Under the pieces are notes generated by a model that was not told where the DNA came from, ran no database searches, and saw only the letters and a list, made by a program, of their open reading frames with translations. A stretch of 63,758 nt of DNA, the filler included, from Octopus bimaculoides (Eukaryota), in NCBI RefSeq assembly GCF_001194135.2. It is 8 parts of 8 records of this genome, joined end to end, with 100 filler letters (N's around TTAATTAATTAA, not from the genome) between each part and the next. Parts side by side here need not be neighbours in the genome. Positions count along the whole stretch, not along the records: positions 32,746 to 53,976 come from NC_068993.1; positions 54,077 to 62,393 come from NC_068982.1; positions 62,494 to 63,758 come from NW_026424000.1; 5 more parts are not named here. One strand, given 5' to 3'. Position 1 is the stretch's first letter, and every line of letters starts with the position of its first letter. Positions 52,650 to 63,758 of this stretch are shown piece after piece. A program made the position numbers and the translations under genes.

Positions 52650-53464
52650 CATATACGTGTGTGTATCAAATGGACGCATGCATGTGCTATGCGTCTTGTG
52701 TGTTTACCTTTCTTTATCTTCCAATGTTTGTATGTTTACAAAATTCTAGACATCGGAATATGAATTCTTGGTGTTGTTTCACATTTGTACCTTAGGTTGA
52801 TTTTGAACACGGGTGTGTTTATAGTCATACAAACTCATGTGCGTCTAGTATTACTTAACTAATCTCTCTATCTATTTATCTGTCTGTATAACTCTCTATC
52901 TATCTGTCTATCTAACTAGTTATCAACTGACCTTCCAGTGCTATAAACTCTGCAATGTTGCAGTAAAGTTTTAGCAGGTTCATTACGCTTCAGATAATTC
53001 TGAACTGAACCAACTTTATTTCTCCAGTATTGGGACATATTCCCGCCTCACTCACCCTCTTCTCTCTTTTTCTCTCTCTTTCACTCACTTTCTCTCTAAC
53101 TCTCTCTCTCTATCTATCTATCTCTTTCTCACTCCCCTCTCTCTTACACATTCTCGCAAGTTCTTTCCTTCCCTCCTCAACGTATATACATTCATTGATA
53201 CATATATACGTACAACCCTTACAATTCAACACAGACACAGAGAGCTTGAAATACGAAACTATATATGTGCACATATCGACAGATACAAAATTTCTATGTA
53301 TATATGTATGTAGAGATAGATAGAGAGAGAGAGAGAGAAAGAGGCAGGCAGGCAGATTAATAGAAAGGCAGGCAGACATACAGATAGATAGATTGATAGG
53401 TTGACAGACATGCAGATAGATAGATATAGGCAGACAGTCTGATAAATAGATTTACAGATGTGTG

Positions 53465-53524
<60 letters not shown>

Positions 53525-53916
53525 GATGAATGTATGTTTACATATATGTATGCCTGCGCACGCAAACTCATAAATAATGTAAAGATTGCAATATTTGCAT
53601 ATATAAAAAAAAAGAAACATTTACTAGTTAAAGGACTCAGAGCCCGTAGACTGTCTGATTTGTATTATTAGTCAGTGTGACTTCGAAGTTATTTTATGCA
53701 CGTGTGTGAGTTCGATATGTAACTGCGTATGAGCGAGTGTTTGGTTTGTATGCGCGTTTAAAGGTGTTTCATATTCGTTTCGTTCTAATGTCAATTGGCC
53801 AAGAACACACTCGTTTGTTATAACTAAGTTTCCAAGTTGTATATTTGTACATGTATATATGTTTGTATATACATATAGATGTATATACAACACATACACA
53901 CACATATATACACATT

Positions 53917-53976
<60 letters not shown>

Positions 53977-54076
53977 NNNNNNNNNNNNNNNNNNNNNNNN
54001 NNNNNNNNNNNNNNNNNNNNTTAATTAATTAANNNNNNNNNNNNNNNNNNNNNNNNNNNNNNNNNNNNNNNNNNNN

Positions 54077-54370
54077 TCAATGCCCTGCCAAAACATTTGA
54101 GAGACATGCAAGACATGGATGCGGAGGTCTTCAAGACAAAACTTGACGCTGTCCTCTCCACGATACCAGACGAACCAATGGCTCGTAATGAGACGCAGTT
54201 TAGGGCAGCTGTGTCAAATTCTCTTATACACCAGATGTGCCATCAAAACTCTTGATTGGACCATGTCAGGTGGGGGAGAAGAGCCATGCAAGGAACGTGA
54301 AAATCACGGTGGTGCACCAGCATGACCGCAGCCACTTGGCTGAAACACATAAATAAATAAATAAATAAAT
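54077..54370 (+). mobile_element. CR1/L2-type LINE 3' end with (TAAA)n tail
   Basis: NALPKHLRDM..VFKTKLDAVLSTIPDEP..RAAVSNSLIHQ* matches the CR1-group ORF2 C-terminus; 3'UTR and (TAAA)n follow. Confidence 0.75.
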
Positions 54371-54867
54371 GGTTGAGAAAAAATTAAAGAATATAATAAT
54401 AAAACTTGCAAGGTATTAGAAAGGAATTTCATATAAATAATTTTATATTTCCCGGTTTTGTGGTTGCAACAACATTTTCTAACATATTATTCACCCTTCT
54501 CTTCATAAATAATATATTGATCAAGCAACGTTGGATTTCTGAGATGAGTAATTTTTTTTTCAAAATCTATAAAACTCTAATAGCGTTATGTTAATGCTTT
54601 TAAGATATAATTAATCACTTTGATCGTTTTAAAATAAGTTAAAATCATTTTCCCCTTTAGACATGGATGACAATTATAAATTATTTTATTTTCTTACCTT
54701 CGCAACTATAATATTAATGATTAAGTATAAAATCTTGGCCATAAATTTTGTTAAAACATTTTACATACATAATGCAATCTATTTCTCTTTTGTGCTTGTA
54801 CAGGCTAGCAAAAGTGATTGTGAGATATGAAACAGTGGTACGGCACACATGAATACACACACACACT

Positions 54868-54900
<33 letters not shown>

Positions 54901-54925
54901 GCATATATATATATATATATATATG

Positions 54926-54964
<39 letters not shown>

Positions 54965-54965
<1 letters not shown>

Positions 54966-55335
54966 AATGGCTGTTTGGTAACAAGTTTGCTTTCCAGCCA
55001 CATGGTTCCAGGTTCAGTCCCACAAGGTGGCACCTTGGGCAAATATCTTCAGCTATAGCTTCGGGCTGAGCAAAACTTTGGGTGGATTTTGTACACGGAA
55101 ACTGAAAGAAGCCCGTCGTATATATGTATATGTTTATGTATCTCTGTTTCTCGAGCCACCATCGCTTGACAACCGATGTTGGTGTGTTTACGTCCCCGTA
55201 ACGTAAGGGTTCGGCAAAAAGAGACCGGTATAATAATTACTTGGCTTACAAAGAATAAATACTGGGATCGATTTCTACGAGTAGAGGCGGTGCTCCAGCA
55301 AGGCCGCAGTCAAGTGACTCAAGCATAAAAAGTTA
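54965..55335 (+). mobile_element. SINE family A
   Basis: Head ggtaacaagtttgctttccagccacatggttccaggttcagtccc; tail ggcggtgctccagcaaggccgcagtcaag. Confidence 0.8.
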
Positions 55336-55479
55336 AAAGAATATTATAATATATATATATATATCGTAAAATATAATTGCCAAGTATATGTAATTGGCCC
55401 ATAGTAGTCTGTGCTATTGTTGTTTTTAGCCCCAAGAGGACATCTGCTCCAGCTGGCGAACGACGCACTCTCTGTCCGA

Positions 55480-55683
55480 TTAGTATTTGCGAGGGGGAAA
55501 TCAACAATCTTATCTCTAGCTTTAGGCATTCAGGTATTGTCTCTGGCTCTGCTAGTATGTCGTTAAAATTTTCAGCCAGCTTTTTGTGTATTCCCGTCAC
55601 ATATTTTAACCAGTTGCTTGGTCTTTGCAGTGCCTGGTTGACCTCTTCAGATGTTATAGGAGTCCAAAGTTGCTCAGGTGCTT
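55480..55683 (-). mobile_element. R4/Dong pre-RT fragment directly after the tail of copy A'
   Basis: Minus strand PITSEEVNQALQRPSNW/LKYVTGIHKKLAENFNDILAEPETIPECL; the KAPG.D segment is missing. Confidence 0.6.
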
Positions 55684-55712
55684 ATTATAATTATAATTAT
55701 AATAATAATAAT

Positions 55713-58700
55713 AATTATTATTATTATTATTATTGCCTTTGCACAGTTTCTAACGCTGGAGATGTACTACACAGCCATTTTTTTTTCTCTGTCTGTCTTA
55801 TCTTCAACGTCCCTATGAAATTGACCATGCATTCGTTTCTTTGCCCGCCTATTTTCAGTTTCATTCGTTCCCAATTAATTGTACAGTGATTTATCTTTGC
55901 AATCTTTAATCCTATACAAACCTGACTTTACTTCTAATAATAGCGGTTCTGCGGCATTTCTTACATACCAGACTAAGTCGTTTTCTTCTGCTGTGATGCT
56001 GTGTTCGAATCCAATAAGTCCTCTCCCTACTCTTTTTCTTGGTACATACAGTCTGTCCGTGTCACTTTTTGTGTGGAGTGTCCCATATCTAGTTAGCGAC
56101 TTCCTTGTCTTTCTGTCTAAGCTGTTTAGTTCGATTACCCCTGCTCCGTATCTAAGGAGTGAGACCACCCAGGTATTGATAGCTTGAATCATATTCTGTC
56201 TGTTTAATTTCGACTAAAGTATCAGTCTCAGTCTGCGCAAGTACTCCACCTTAATTGTTTCTGTCATTTCTTTCTCCACTTTGTCCATCAATTTATTTAT
56301 TTCCCAAATCACCATGTACTTATAGCTCGACTCCTCTATCTGCTTCATTACCTCCCCCGACGGTATCGTTATCCCGTCCATAGATTTGATTTTGCTTCTC
56401 TTCAAGTCTAACACACCACACGTTCTGAGTCCGAACTCCATTCTGATATCAGCACTAAAGGTATACACCGTATCAACGGGGGAATTGTCTTGGGCTTCAT
56501 ATTTACCATAAAGTTTGCGGTCATCCATGAATAACAAATGATTGACTTTTTGTTGGCGGCATTTGAATACATATCCAGTTTTTGCTTTCCTCAGAATCAG
56601 TGTTAGTGGTATCAAACACAGTACAGAGATCAGTGGGGACAGGCAGTCCCCTTGTAAGATGCTCCTCCTAATTTCTACTTCTCCTAAACTTATTCCGTAT
56701 ACTGTCATGTCTGCTTTCCAATTCGCCATACTGTTTCCAAGCAATCGCTCAACATTCGATGCAATACCAAATAGGTTCATACATTCCATAATCCAAGAAT
56801 GTTGGATCATATCTTACGCCTTACGATAGTCAATCTGTGACATGGCTAAGTTACTTTTCCTCCTCTTGCAGGCTCTGAGTAGAGATTTATCTATCAGGAG
56901 TTGATCCTTGGTACCTCTGCACTTCCGCTTGCAACCCTCCAGCTCATGTGGGAGGAATCTATCGTTTTCTAGACGTTTGTACAATGACTCTGCGAGTATT
57001 CCAGTCAATTATTACCACATAAGCGGCAAACAGGATATCGCCCTGCAATTGTCTACCGTATTGCCCTTTACGATGTTTTTCTAGCACAGCACTGCCCTAC
57101 CGAATGTCAACCACTCTGGTGTTACTTGTTCGGCATTTAACAAGGTGTTGAGCTGCGCAGCTATTCGTGCATGACATTCACCAAATCTTTTGATCCAGTA
57201 GCCTTGAACTCCATCTGGTCCCGGGGCCTTCCAGTTGCTCATTTTTTGGCTGATTTCCTTCACTTCCTTATCTGAAATTACTAGTTCTGCCTTTCTTGGA
57301 CAGACTAATGTTTGTTTCATTTCTTGCAACCATTCAACATCCTTCTTGTGCTTCATGTCTTTGCTCTAGATGTCACTCCAAACTCCTTTACTTTCATTGT
57401 TATCTGGTATCAACTTTTCATCTGTACACTCTTCATTTATTTCTTTAGAGAATCTCTTCAGATATACTCTGGAAAACCTATTCTGCTGGTAACACTTTAT
57501 TCTTTGGTCGTATCTTACCATCCTTGCTTTCTTTTTCAACGAGGCGCTGTTTCGGTTCCTCCATTACCACTTTCAGGCCCTTTCAATATCATACTTTCTG
57601 TTCAGCGCCCTGTATTTTTGTTCGCTTTTAAGCTCCCCTTTCTCTTTTCGGTCTAACACAGGGATTTCTCTCTAGAGCATGTCTATCACTGCCTGGATTC
57701 TTCTTTTCCACCATAGATCTTTTCTTTTGTCACTCCCATTATGTTTCGTTTTCTTGACTTCGACACCCACATTTTCTGCTACAACAATACTGGCTGCCTT
57801 GATGAAATTATTTGTTTCTATGATGTTGTTTGTTCTGCTGTATTTCAGAATTTCATTTAGATTTTTCGTTTCTTGGTTCAATTTCCATCGGTTTGACCAT
57901 TTTAAGGTTGCAAATAATGTCACTATCGTTCTCCAATAGTGTTGCCTATATTTTGTTGTAAATTGCCTTTTGTTCATGTCATGTCACCATTAGTTTTATT
58001 GTCTTCTTTTAGATCAACTATATGTCTCTCATCAAGTAAACTACCACTGCTCTTTTCCTGTGCTATGAGATTACTCTTATTAGTAAGAACTGTATTTTTA
58101 TTCTTATATCTGCTGCTATTTTCCAAGACCCGTCTTTTGATAGCTTCTGTGAACGAACGATTCTTTTATTATTGCTCTAGCTTGATCACATGTTCCGTGA
58201 GTTGAAACTATCTCTGTTCTCTCCAATGATCATACATACGTCGTCGGTAACCTCTAATTTGAGCACCATTTTCATCTACCGGGCTGCTCAGTTAGTAACA
58301 CACCATGACCATAGCATTAATTTGCTTGTTCCATCTACGCCGTGTGTGGTGTTCCCTTTCCGGATATCGACTGGCTGGAGCCAGACCAGAATTTCTGAGC
58401 CTGCCGGTTGCAACTCTGTCACTATTATTGGCTTCGGTTTCAGTACCACCATTATTCACAATATTTTGTTTTTTCATTGTCACTCATATGAGGTAGCAAA
58501 TATCATGTTGCGAGATTAACACTGTTTTTATTCTGACACCATGTATTAACAATCAGACCATGGGAGGCTCCACCCGTTTCCTTTCATAACTATTATTATT
58601 ATGACTACTGATATCATTGATATTATTGCTTTTATGTGTAGTAGCAGCAACAGCAAGAGTAGCAGGGGTTGTGGTAGTGGTAAGGGTTGTAGTTGGGCCT

Positions 58701-58917
58701 CAGATTCCTGAGCTATCATAATAGTTGTAGTTATAGTATTAGCAGCTGCAGCATATTATTATTATTATTAATATTATTATTATTATTATTTTATTCTTAT
58801 CATTATCACCATCACCACCACTACCATTGTTATTATCATTATTACTATTTCTTTTTATTATTAAAAGATTTTACTAAGCGTTCTTTATTTTCAACTTTTG
58901 TCATGTACTTGAGATAA
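55713..58917 (-). mobile_element. R4/Dong copy A' (same subfamily as copy A), internally deleted
   Basis: RRRWNKQINAMVMVCY, MSNWKAPGPDGVQGYWIKRFGECHARIAAQLNTLL, IDYRKA, ILQGDCLSPL, HLLFMDDRKLYGK. Junction aaatggctgtg|tagtacatc at 55770/55769 skips copy A 4812-5530. The (TAA)n tail is the plus-strand TTA run at 55713-55735. Confidence 0.9.
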
Positions 58918-59535
58918 TCATTCAGTGTAGTAAATCAAATGATAGAGTTGCTACTTAAAATCGTATGAAAAAGGTTTTGTTTACAAAGTTATTGGTATAG
59001 ATCTATATTGGCTACTTGACAAAATTTTATATAGACTTTATCCTTATATCTAATTGATAAATATTAAACAGGAATGTAATCAGTGCTGAATTATTGTGGT
59101 TATACACAAGTGGATGAAATGAAGAAGATAGAAATCATGTCATGGATGTATAAGTGTGAACGTTTGTATATGATCTGTGGATACGTTGTGTTCATATGGT
59201 ACGTATAAGTGTTTATACTTATATATTTCTGGTTATGTTTTGCACTGACGGGTGGAGAGCATGCTACAGCACTAACCATGAAATCGTTTCGATATGCAAC
59301 TTGACCTTTTGAAAATAATTTTTTTATTTGTTCATTTCCTCGTCTTCAGCGCTTGTGTTTATTTTGATAAAGTAGCTTGACTTTAGCGTCCATTTACTTA
59401 TTGTAATACGCCTTAATGTAATAAGGGATTTTTTTTTTAAATTATATACTTATACTTAATATTAAATGTTTACCTTAATTGATTTTACACGCTGGCTACT
59501 TGATAAAATCTTATATAGATTTTATCCTTATATTT

Positions 59536-59579
<44 letters not shown>

Positions 59580-59959
59580 NNNNNNNNNNNNNNNNNNNNN
59601 NNNNNNNNNNNNNNNNNNNNNNNNNNNNNNNNNNNNNNNNNNNNNNNNNNNNNNNNNNNNNNNNNATATATACATACATACATATATGAGACTTGTATAT
59701 GAGGCATAAATAATGGCTTTTATACAAGTATTTATTTGTGCATTGTAGATTTATAGCTGCTTCTGATATGCATTCACGTTTCGTTTACTTATTCTGTCGA
59801 TTAATCGATTGAAAAAGAGTGGCCGACCGTTGAAAATGCAATTGTTTTCGGAGTCAGCATGTTAAGTGCCAACAGAAATGAAAACAAAATAATGATAAGA
59901 AAAGGGGCGCGAAGAGAAAACGAAATTGAAGAGAATAAAAGGAAAAACAGGAAGATAGT

Positions 59960-59990
<31 letters not shown>

Positions 59991-60978
59991 TGAAAGCGAG
60001 AAGAAGCCAGGAAATAAAGGAAGGAATGGGTAGGGGAATAGTTCCTTGTTGTTTTTACATGGAACTCAGTCACTATTTTCCAGCCATCAGCCTTAGTTTA
60101 TTGTTCTCTCTTATCGTGGTTGAATAGTGTCAACATAAGGTATTGAAATTTGATTCCCACAAACTCCTATTGTGGTCATCCTACGGTGAAATTTGTTGAT
60201 TAGTTATGCCTGTTCATGAATATTACTCTGTGAAGAGATACCATATTAACTTCGTAATGCAACCAAAATGTTTTCTAATTGGCACTCCAGAAAATCCTAA
60301 GGTGAAGTCCATCGCCAGAGATGGAATATCATTTCTTATCTTGCCTAGGGATTACCTGGAGTGTTATACCAATAAAAGGACGTTTCTGTTAGACTGGCGT
60401 ATTTGTATTAGCTGTATTAGCGAAGGGCTTAAGCAGTATTTTGACCAAATTGATAAATTCTTATCAGTAACCTATAACATTTTATATATACTTAGTCCGA
60501 GAGAGATGCACGACATACTGTGCTCTCCAGCATGTCATGGATGAGGCACTGGTAATATTTGTGAGATATTATTTGTTTCTTACTTAGAGATTTTATATAT
60601 GAGAATACACATGTGAATAAATGTTGGGGGGTATATTAAAAAGAACACCCCTCCCCTAGATACTGAAAATTTTACCGCACCTGACTACGTACTCGTATAT
60701 TAAAGTATTGCAACAATTGACGCAATTTATTTTGTGTAGTGACCTTTTAATTCTCACACGCCAACGTATTATGGTTGTATATTGTTTCATGTATCTAAAA
60801 TGATAAAAGGCAGAGTTAACCAAATAGGATTTAAACTCAGGCTCAAATGTCTTCACAAACACTGAAATTCACAATTTTCAAATTTAGCTGAATTATACAT
60901 ACATACATACATACATACATACATACATACATACATTCATACATACATACATACATACACACATACATACACACATAC

Positions 60979-61206
60979 GGCGAGCTGGCAGAAACGTTAG
61001 CACGGCGGGCGAAATGCTTAGCGGTATTTCGTCTGCCGCTACGTTCTGAGTTCAAATTCCGCCGAGGTCGACTTTGCCTTTCATCCTTTCGGGGTCGATT
61101 AAATAAGTACCAGTTACGCACTGGGGTCGGTATAATCGACTTAATCCGTTTGTCTGTCCTTGTTTGTCCCCTCTGTGTGTAGCCCCTTGTGGGTAGTAAA
61201 GAAATA
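60979..61206 (+). mobile_element. SINE family B, best-preserved copy
   Basis: A-box-like ggcgagctggcagaaacg, B-box-like gagttcaaattcc, then body and short A-rich end; inserted in a (TACA)n tract. Confidence 0.85.
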
Positions 61207-62209
61207 ACACACATACATACATACACACATACATAACATACATACATACAGACTCTGAATCACGTATATGTTTGTGTATCAGAGTCAATAATTGTTCAGA
61301 GGTGCCATAATTATGACAACGAATATTTAAGTTATTTTTAACATATGTAATACAAACAGATTTAAAATCTCATTAGCTTTGATTATGTGGAGGTTAACTA
61401 ACAATATTATACTGGGCGAAATTCTAATATACTTTAAATCATAGCTGCAAATGCGGGAGAGGAAATTAATTTTAGATGTCTAAATCGAATTAAGTAACCA
61501 TTATAGAATTATATTTTAATAATAATTCCTTCCAACGTTATTTATGATAAACATCATATATTTCTATTGATAAATATTTACTGCAAAATAATTCATCAGT
61601 TATCTCTCTTTGTAAATCCTTTGGTATTAAAAATATATCCGAAGATAATATGATGGAAACAAAATATTTACTTTCATATATATGTAGTTTTATTAACAAA
61701 TAAAATTCATTCTTCCGTAATTGTAAAAGCAAATACTATAATTTTATTATTCTGATATTTCAATAAGCATATACAGAAAGTCATCCTTAGAAAATATAAT
61801 AATATTTCAAGTGCCTATTGTAAATTTATCTTTCATATCCTGGAGTCGAATAATATATTTTGCATTCATTTTACAATTGTTTATTCAATTTTGAATTAAT
61901 AGAATACGTGTGTTGGCAAATTCACATTGCCGACAATAGCAGACAAAGCGTAGAGGCAATTCGCAGGAAGAAATAGACTGAATACTCAAGACTGGGCATT
62001 TTAATCAAAGATAAACAAAAAGTGCCAAAAGTTAGGCACCAAAATGTCTTTAAAGCAAATGGAAATAAACAACCTTGTTGAATGTCTAGAATTCAAATTC
62101 GCAAAGATCAATGATCTCAACCACATATATATATATATATGCCCCCCACTGCGCAACACCACCACAGCCAACAGACATGGGATGGCCTGCCCTAACCGCC
62201 TGCACAGGC

Positions 62210-62393
62210 ATCACGCCAATATTTTTACTAAATATTGGGGCCTGTTGCATAATAATAATAAAAGCAAAATTTCTTTCCTGAGAGACCTTGCTGCATGCAA
62301 TCAAGCCCTATGCATAGCACTCATGGAAACTCACCTCAGCCCTGATATAGAGGATGCAGAAGTACACGTACCAAAATATGTCATACTGCAAAC
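62210..62393 (+). mobile_element. LINE apurinic-type endonuclease N-terminus (CR1/L2-like), truncated by gap
   Basis: LNIG.LLH..KISFLRDL..LCIALMETHLSPDIEDAEVHVPKYVILQ resembles the APE lN..G / ALTETHL..i.d.E..i.gY motifs. Confidence 0.7.
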
Positions 62394-62493
62394 NNNNNNN
62401 NNNNNNNNNNNNNNNNNNNNNNNNNNNNNNNNNNNNNTTAATTAATTAANNNNNNNNNNNNNNNNNNNNNNNNNNNNNNNNNNNNNNNNNNNN

Positions 62494-62540
62494 TAAGCAT
62501 TTCGCCCGGTGTGCTAACGTTTCTGCCAGCTCACCGCCTT
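62494..62540 (-). mobile_element. SINE-B head fragment
   Basis: Reverse complement aaggcggtgagctggcagaaacgttagcacaccgggcgaaatgctta. Confidence 0.75.
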
Positions 62541-62699
62541 GTATATATATAGTGTGTATTTCGCGGCACCCCTTGATTGATCTCGTGGCACCTCTCGGTT
62601 GATCTCACAGACCCCAGGGTACCGCAGCACACCATTTGGGAACCTGTGTCGTAGAGTGAAGTCGTACCGCTACGTGGTGCGTCTTTGTTTTGCGGTGCT

Positions 62700-63110
62700 T
62701 CTCGCCTGTTCGTCGATTTTTGTGACGAACTTGTTGATATGACTGGTTTCTCCTGAGGCTGCTGTCAACTAATTTTGAGCGAGAAACTACGAATGAAAAG
62801 ATTTGCAGCAAAATTTGTGCTTCGCTTGTTCAAGGAAGATGAGAAGTAGTCACGACTGGATGCGCGATTCCTCTTAACCACCCTTCTTATTCGCTCGATC
62901 TTGCACTCAGCGACTTTTTTTTGTTCCCTCGAATGAAAAAAAGTCCTTAAAGGAAAACGCTTTGCAGATGTGGAAGTCGCGAAGAAAAAAAACGATGGTA
63001 TGAATCCGGAAGAGTTCCAGGACTGCTCCGAAAAGTGAAAAAAGCATCCGGACCGATACATTGATTCAAATGGAGAATACTTTCAAAGCGATAAAAGTGT
63101 AGACATGTAA
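62700..63110 (+). mobile_element. Internally deleted mariner
   Basis: DELVDMTG..ILSEKLRMKRFAAKFVLRL is joined almost directly to HPSYSLDLALSDFFLFPRMKK..KGKRFADVE..YIDSNGEYF; most of the catalytic domain is absent. Confidence 0.8.
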
Positions 63111-63214
63111 AACTAAGAGAATAAAATAATATTGCAAAATTCCGGTTTCTTTGGGGTACTCCCTCATGTGTGTGTGTGTGTGTGTGTGTGTGCAAGCGTG
63201 TGTGTATGTAGGTG

Positions 63215-63520
63215 TGGCTGCGTGGCAAGAAACTTGCTTCCCAACCACATGGCTCTGGGTTCAGTCTCACAGTGTCTTCTACTGTAGCCTTGGTTCGACC
63301 AAAGCCTTGTGAGTGGATTTGGTACACGGAAACTGAAAGAAGCCCGTCGTATATATATGTGTGTGTGTTTATATATCTATGTGTGTGTATATGCTTTCCC
63401 CCACCCACCACTTGACACTCGTTACTTAGTGGTTCGGCAAAAGAGACAAATATAATAAGTATCAGGCTTTAAAACAAATATAAGTATTAGGATCGATACA
63501 TTCGACTAAAACTTCTTCGA
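63215..63520 (+). mobile_element. SINE family A, with internal deletions
   Basis: ggcaagaaacttgcttcccaaccacatgg..gaaactgaaagaagcccgtcgta..gttcggcaaaagagac. Confidence 0.75.
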
Positions 63521-63526
63521 AGTAAA

Positions 63527-63571
<45 letters not shown>

Positions 63572-63585
63572 TACACTCACACAGC

Positions 63586-63758
63586 TGGGCGTAAGTCCGT
63601 TAATCGTTAATTAACGAAGTTAACATTTTCGTTAACGATTTAACTTTTAAGTTAACTTTGAAAATCATTATCGGACTAATAAATTTTTCGTTACATTTAG
63701 CTTCTGTAAACTCAAGTCTGTTAACCCCAAAATTTCATAAAAACCGGTAAACGTTTAA
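63586..63758. mobile_element. Possible DNA-transposon (hAT-like MITE) terminus cut by the window edge
   Basis: Starts gggcgtaagtccgttaatcgttaattaacg with four GTTAAC subterminal motifs in about 140 bp; the other end is not visible. Confidence 0.25.

Overview
AT-rich, microsatellite-dense eukaryotic scaffold with many N gaps. The repeat families look like octopus (coleoid cephalopod) DNA; this is from recall and was not verified by search. No rRNA, genuine tRNA gene, CRISPR array or intact transposon ORF is supportable. The window is dominated by decayed mobile elements. (i) A head-to-tail cluster of R4/Dong-clade RLE retrotransposons separated by (TAA)n arrays at 1-12.6 kb, an inverted sister copy at 55.7-58.9 kb, and an older copy at about 36.8-39.5 kb. 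(ii) A Penelope-like element nested at a TATATA site inside one Dong copy. (iii) A (TA)n-embedded unit of about 135 bp carrying a minimal hammerhead-ribozyme motif at 25249-25285. (iv) Tc1, mariner, maT (DD37D) and piggyBac-MITE relics. (v) CR1-type LINE fragments and at least four tRNA-derived SINE families, one sharing its 3' tail with the CR1. The only convincing host-gene piece is a spliced-in, apparently terminal exon at 30221-30667 encoding a 148-aa Tyr/Arg/His/Pro-rich peptide I do not recognise. Foldback and template-switch palindromes recur throughout. Coordinates of decayed elements are approximate and similarity was judged by eye.
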